Assembly (NCBI GenBank): GCA_964016885.1
Contig: OZ024758.1
Span: 31,372,001 to 31,436,000, forward strand
DNA length: 64,000 bases
DNA from: Eledone cirrhosa
Lineage: Eukaryota
Reading direction: 5' to 3'
Below the pieces are notes generated by a model. That model saw only the letters and a program-made list of their open reading frames with translations, was not told the origin of the DNA and did no database searches. Positions 59,101 through 64,000 of the stretch are shown piece by piece. The first letter of the stretch is position 1; each line of letters starts with the position of its first letter. The position numbers were made by a program, and so were the translations under genes.

Positions 59101-62100
59101 CAACAACTATAAATAGATGCAGGGGCTATACTATAGCACAACAACGATAAAAAGATACAATGACTATACTATAGCACAACAACTATAAATAGATGCAGTG
59201 ACTATACTATAGCACAACAACGATAAATAGATGCAGTGGCTATACTATAGCACAACAACTATAAATAGCTGCAGGGGCTATATTATAAAACAACAACTAT
59301 AAATAGATGCAGTGGCTATACTATAGCACAACGATAAATAGATGCAGTGGCTATACTATAGCACAACAACTATAAATAGCTGCAGGGGCTATATTATAAA
59401 ACAACAACTATAAATAGATGCAGTGGCTATACTATAGCACAACTATAAATAGATGCAGTGACTATACTATAGCACAACAACTATAAATAGCTGCAGGGGC
59501 TATATTATAAAACAACAACTATAAATAGATGCAGTGGCTATACTATAGCACAACAATGATAAATAGATGCAGTGGCTATACTATAGCACAACAACTATAA
59601 ATAGATGCAGTGACTATACTATAGCACAACAACTATAAATAGCTGCAGTGACTATACTATAGCACAACAACTATAAATAGATGCAGTGGCTATACTATAG
59701 AACAACAACGATAAATAGATGCAGGGGCTATACTATAGCACAACAACTATAAATAGATGCAGTGGCTATACTATAGCACAACGATAAATAGATGCAGTGG
59801 CTATACTATAGCACAACAATAATAAATAGATGCAGTGGCTATACTATAGCACAACAACTATAAATAGATGCAGTGACTATACTATAGCACAACAACTATA
59901 AATAGATGCAGTGACTATACTATAGCACAACAACTATAAATAGATGCAGTGGCTATAATATAGCACAACAACAATAAATAGATGCAGGGGCTATACTATA
60001 GCACAACAACTATAAATAGATGCAGGGCTATACTATAGCACAACAACTATAAATAGATGCAGGGGCTATACTATAGCACAACAATTATAAATAGATGCAG
60101 TAGCTATACTATAGCACAACAACTATAAATAGATGCAGTGACTATACTATAGCACAACAACTATAAATAGATGCAGTGGCTATACTATAGCACAACAACT
60201 ATAAATAGATGCAGGGGCTATACTATAGCACAACAACTATAAATAGATGCAGGGGCTATACTATAGCTCAACAACTATAAATAGATGCAGGGGCTATACT
60301 ATAGCAGAACAACGATAAATAGATGCAGTGACTATACTATAGCACAACAACTATAAATAGATGCAGTGACTATACTATAGCACAACAACTATAAATAGAT
60401 GCAGTGGCTATACTATAGCACAACAACTATAAATAGATGCAGGGGCTATACTATAGCACAACAACTATAAATAGATGCAGGGGCTATACTATAGCACAAC
60501 AACTATAAATAGATGCAGGGGATATACGATAGCACAACAACTATAAATAGATGCAGGGGCTATACTATAGCACAACAACTATAAATAGATGCAGTGGCTA
60601 TACTATAGCACAACAACAATGAATAGATGCAGGGGCTATACTATAGCACAACAATTATAAATAGATGCAGGGGCTATACTATAGCACAACATCTATAAAT
60701 AGATGCAGGGGCTATACTATAGCACAACAACTATAAATAGATGCAGTGACTCTACTATAGCACAACAACTATAAATAGATGCAGGGGCTATACTATAGCA
60801 CCACAATGATAAATAGATACAGGGGCTATACGACAGCACAAAAACTATAAATAGATGCAGTGGCTATACTATAGCACAACAACTATAAATAGATGCAGGG
60901 GCTATACTATAGCACAACAACAATAAATAGATGCAGGGGCTATACTATAGCACACCAACGATAAATAGATGCAGGGGATATACTGTATCACAACAACGAT
61001 AAATAGATGCAGTGACTATACTATAGCACAACAAATATAAATAGCTGCAGGGGCTATACTATAGCACAACAACGATAAATAGATGCAGGGGCTATACTAT
61101 AGCACAACAACTATGAATAGATGTAGGGGCTATACTATAGCACAACAACGATAAAAAGATGCAATGACTATACTATAGCACAAACAACTATAAATAGATG
61201 CAGGGGCTATACTATAGCACAACAACTATAAATGGATGCAGTGACTATACTATAGCACAAACAACTATAAATAGATGCCGGGGCTATACTATAGCACAAC
61301 AACGATAAATAGATGCAGGGGCTATACTATAGCACAACAACTATGAATAGATGCAGGGGCTATACTAGAGCACAACAACGATAAAAAGATGCAATGACTA
61401 TACTATAGCACAAACAACTATAAATAGATGCAGGGGCTATACTATAGCACAACAACTATAAATAGATTCAGTGACTATACTATAGCACAACAACGATAAA
61501 TTGATGCAGGGGCTATACTATAGCACAACAACTATAAATAGATGCAGGGGCTATACTATAGCACCACAATGATAAATAGATGCAGGGGCTATACGACAGC
61601 ACAACAACTATAAATAGATGCAGGGGCTATACTATAGCACAACAACTATAAATAGATGCAGGGGCTATACTATAGCACAACAACTATAAATAGATGCAGG
61701 GGCTATACTATAGCACAACAACTATAAATAGATGCAGGTGCTATACTATAGCACAACAACTATAAAAAGATGCAGGGGCTTATACTATAGAACAACAACT
61801 ATAAATAGATGCAGTGACTATACTATAGCACAACAACGATAAATAGATGCAGTGACTATACTATAGCACAACAACTATAAATAGTTGCAGGGGCTATACT
61901 ATAGCACAACATCTATAAATAGATGCAGTGACTATACTATAGCACAACAACTATAAATAGATGCAGTGACAATACTATAGCACAACAACTATAAATAGAT
62001 GCAGGGGCTATACTATAGCACAACAACTATAAATAGATGCAGTGGCTATACTATAGCACAACAACTATAAATAGATGCAGTGACTATACTATAGCACAAA

Positions 62101-64000
62101 AACTATAATTAGATGCAGTGACTATACTATAGCACAACAACTATAAATAGATGCAGTGATTATACTATAGCACAGCAACGATCAATAGATGCAGGGGCTA
62201 TACTATAGCACAACAACGATAAATAGATGCAGGGCCTATACTATAGTCCAACAACTATAAATAGATGCAGTGGCTATACTATAGCACAGCAAATATAAAT
62301 AGATGCAGGGGCTATACTATAGCACAACAACGATAAATAGATGCAGGGGCTATACTATAGCACAACATCGATAAATAGATGCAATGACTATACTATAGCT
62401 CAACAACTATAAATAGATGCAGGGGCTATACTATAGCTCAACAACTATAAATAGATGCAGGGGCTATACTATAGCAGAACAACGATAAATAGATGCAGTA
62501 ACGATACTATAGCACAACAACTATAAATAGATGCAGTGACTATACTATAGCACAACAGCTATAAATAGATGCAGTGGCTATACTATAGCACAACAACTAC
62601 AAATAGATGCAGGGGCTATACTATAGCACAACAACTATAAATAGATGCAGGGGCTATACTATAGCACAACAACTATAAATAGATGCAGGGGATATACGAT
62701 AGCACAACAACTATAAATAGATGCAGGGGCTATACTATAGCACAACAACTATAAATAGATGCAGTGGCTATACTGTAGCACAACAACTATAAATAGATGC
62801 AGTGACTATACTATAGCACAACAACTATAAGTACATGCAGTGGCTATACTATAGCACAACAACAATGAATAGATGCAGGGGCTATACTATAGCACAACAA
62901 TTATAAATAGATGCAGGGGCTATACTATAGCACAACAACTATAAATAGATGCAGGGGCTATACTATAGCACAACAACTATAAATAGATGCAGGGGCTATA
63001 CTATAGCACCACAATGATAAATAGATGCAGGGGCTATACGAGAGCACAACAACTATAAATAGATGCAGGGGCTATACTATAGCACTACAACTATAAATAG
63101 ATGCAGTGACTATACTATAGCACAACAACTATAAATAGCTGCAGGGGCTATACTATAGCACAACAACTATAAATGGATGCAGTGACTATACTATAGCACA
63201 ACAATTATAAATAGATGCAGGGGCTATACTATAGCACAACAACGATAAATAGATGCAGGGGCTATACTATAGCACAACAACTATAAATAGATGCAGGGGC
63301 TATACTATAGCACAACAACGATAAATAGATGCAGTGACTATACTATAGCACAACAACTATAAATAGCTGCAGGGGCTATACTATAGCACAACAACTATAA
63401 ATGGATGCAGTGACTATACTATAGCACAAACAACTATAAATAGATGCAGGGGCTATACTATAGCACAACAACGATAAATAGATGCAGGGGCTATACTATA
63501 GCACAACAACTATAAATAGATGCAGGGGCTATACTATAGCACAACAACGATAAAAAGATGCAATGACTATACTATAGCACAACAACTATAAATAGCTGCA
63601 GGGGCTATACTATAGCACAACAACTATAAATGGATGCAGTGACTATACTATAGCACAAACAACTATAAATAGATGCAGGGGCTATACTGTAGCACAACAA
63701 CGATAAATAGATGCAGTGACTATACTATAGCACAACAACTATAAATAGATGCAGTGGCTATACTATAGCACAACAACGATAAATTGATGCAGGGGCTATA
63801 CTATAGCACAACAACTATAAATAGATGCAGCGGCTATACTATAGCACCACAATGATAAATAGATGCAGGGGCTATACGACAGCACAACAACTATAAATAG
63901 ATGCAGGGGCTATACTATAGCACAACAACTATAAATAGATGCAGGGGCTATACTATAGCACAACAACTATAAAAAGATGCAGGGGCTTATACTATAGAAC
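8158..64000. repeat. 38-bp tandem satellite array of ~1,470 monomers, consensus ATAGATGCAGKGRCTATACTATAGCACAACAACKATAA, running off the window end
   Basis: Period is 38 (e.g. ATAGATGCAG at 8461 and 8499). All monomers are head-to-tail and I saw no foreign insertions. There are occasional 35-, 37-, 39- and 46-bp variants. The ORF track has no ORFs here. Confidence 0.99.

Noticed and set aside
8158-64000. CRISPR array interpretation (38-bp unit with an internal palindrome)
   Set aside because: Monomers abut with no unique spacers, there is no leader or cas gene, and the context is eukaryotic.
8158-64000. Repetitive protein-coding region or hammerhead-containing satellite
   Set aside because: 38 is not a multiple of 3, TAG/TAA stops are dense on both strands, the ORF track is empty here, and the monomer has no CTGANGA or GAAA boxes.

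Overview
Eukaryotic, AT-rich, gene-free repeat DNA. The repeat content resembles cephalopod (Octopus-like) genomes, which is an inference from recalled families, not a search. Bases 1-8157 are (TA)n/(GT)n microsatellites filled with transposon debris. This includes a 5'-truncated Penelope-like element (PLE) with a GIY-YIG endonuclease ORF, a doubly inverted 5' end and a degenerate hammerhead-ribozyme fold. It also includes a second decayed PLE with its own hammerhead fold, two copies of a non-autonomous Helitron, a tRNA-type SINE, two hAT-type MITEs, a decayed RTE-like LINE and several perfect fold-back palindromes. From ~8158 to the window end is one uninterrupted 38-bp satellite array (~1,470 monomers). 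It has internal dyads, a CTATAAATAG motif and kilobase-scale higher-order duplications (periods 4517, 2203, ~3.8-4.2 kb and ~6191 bp) traceable through rare variants. No host protein-coding gene, CRISPR array or clearly new enzymatic system is supported.
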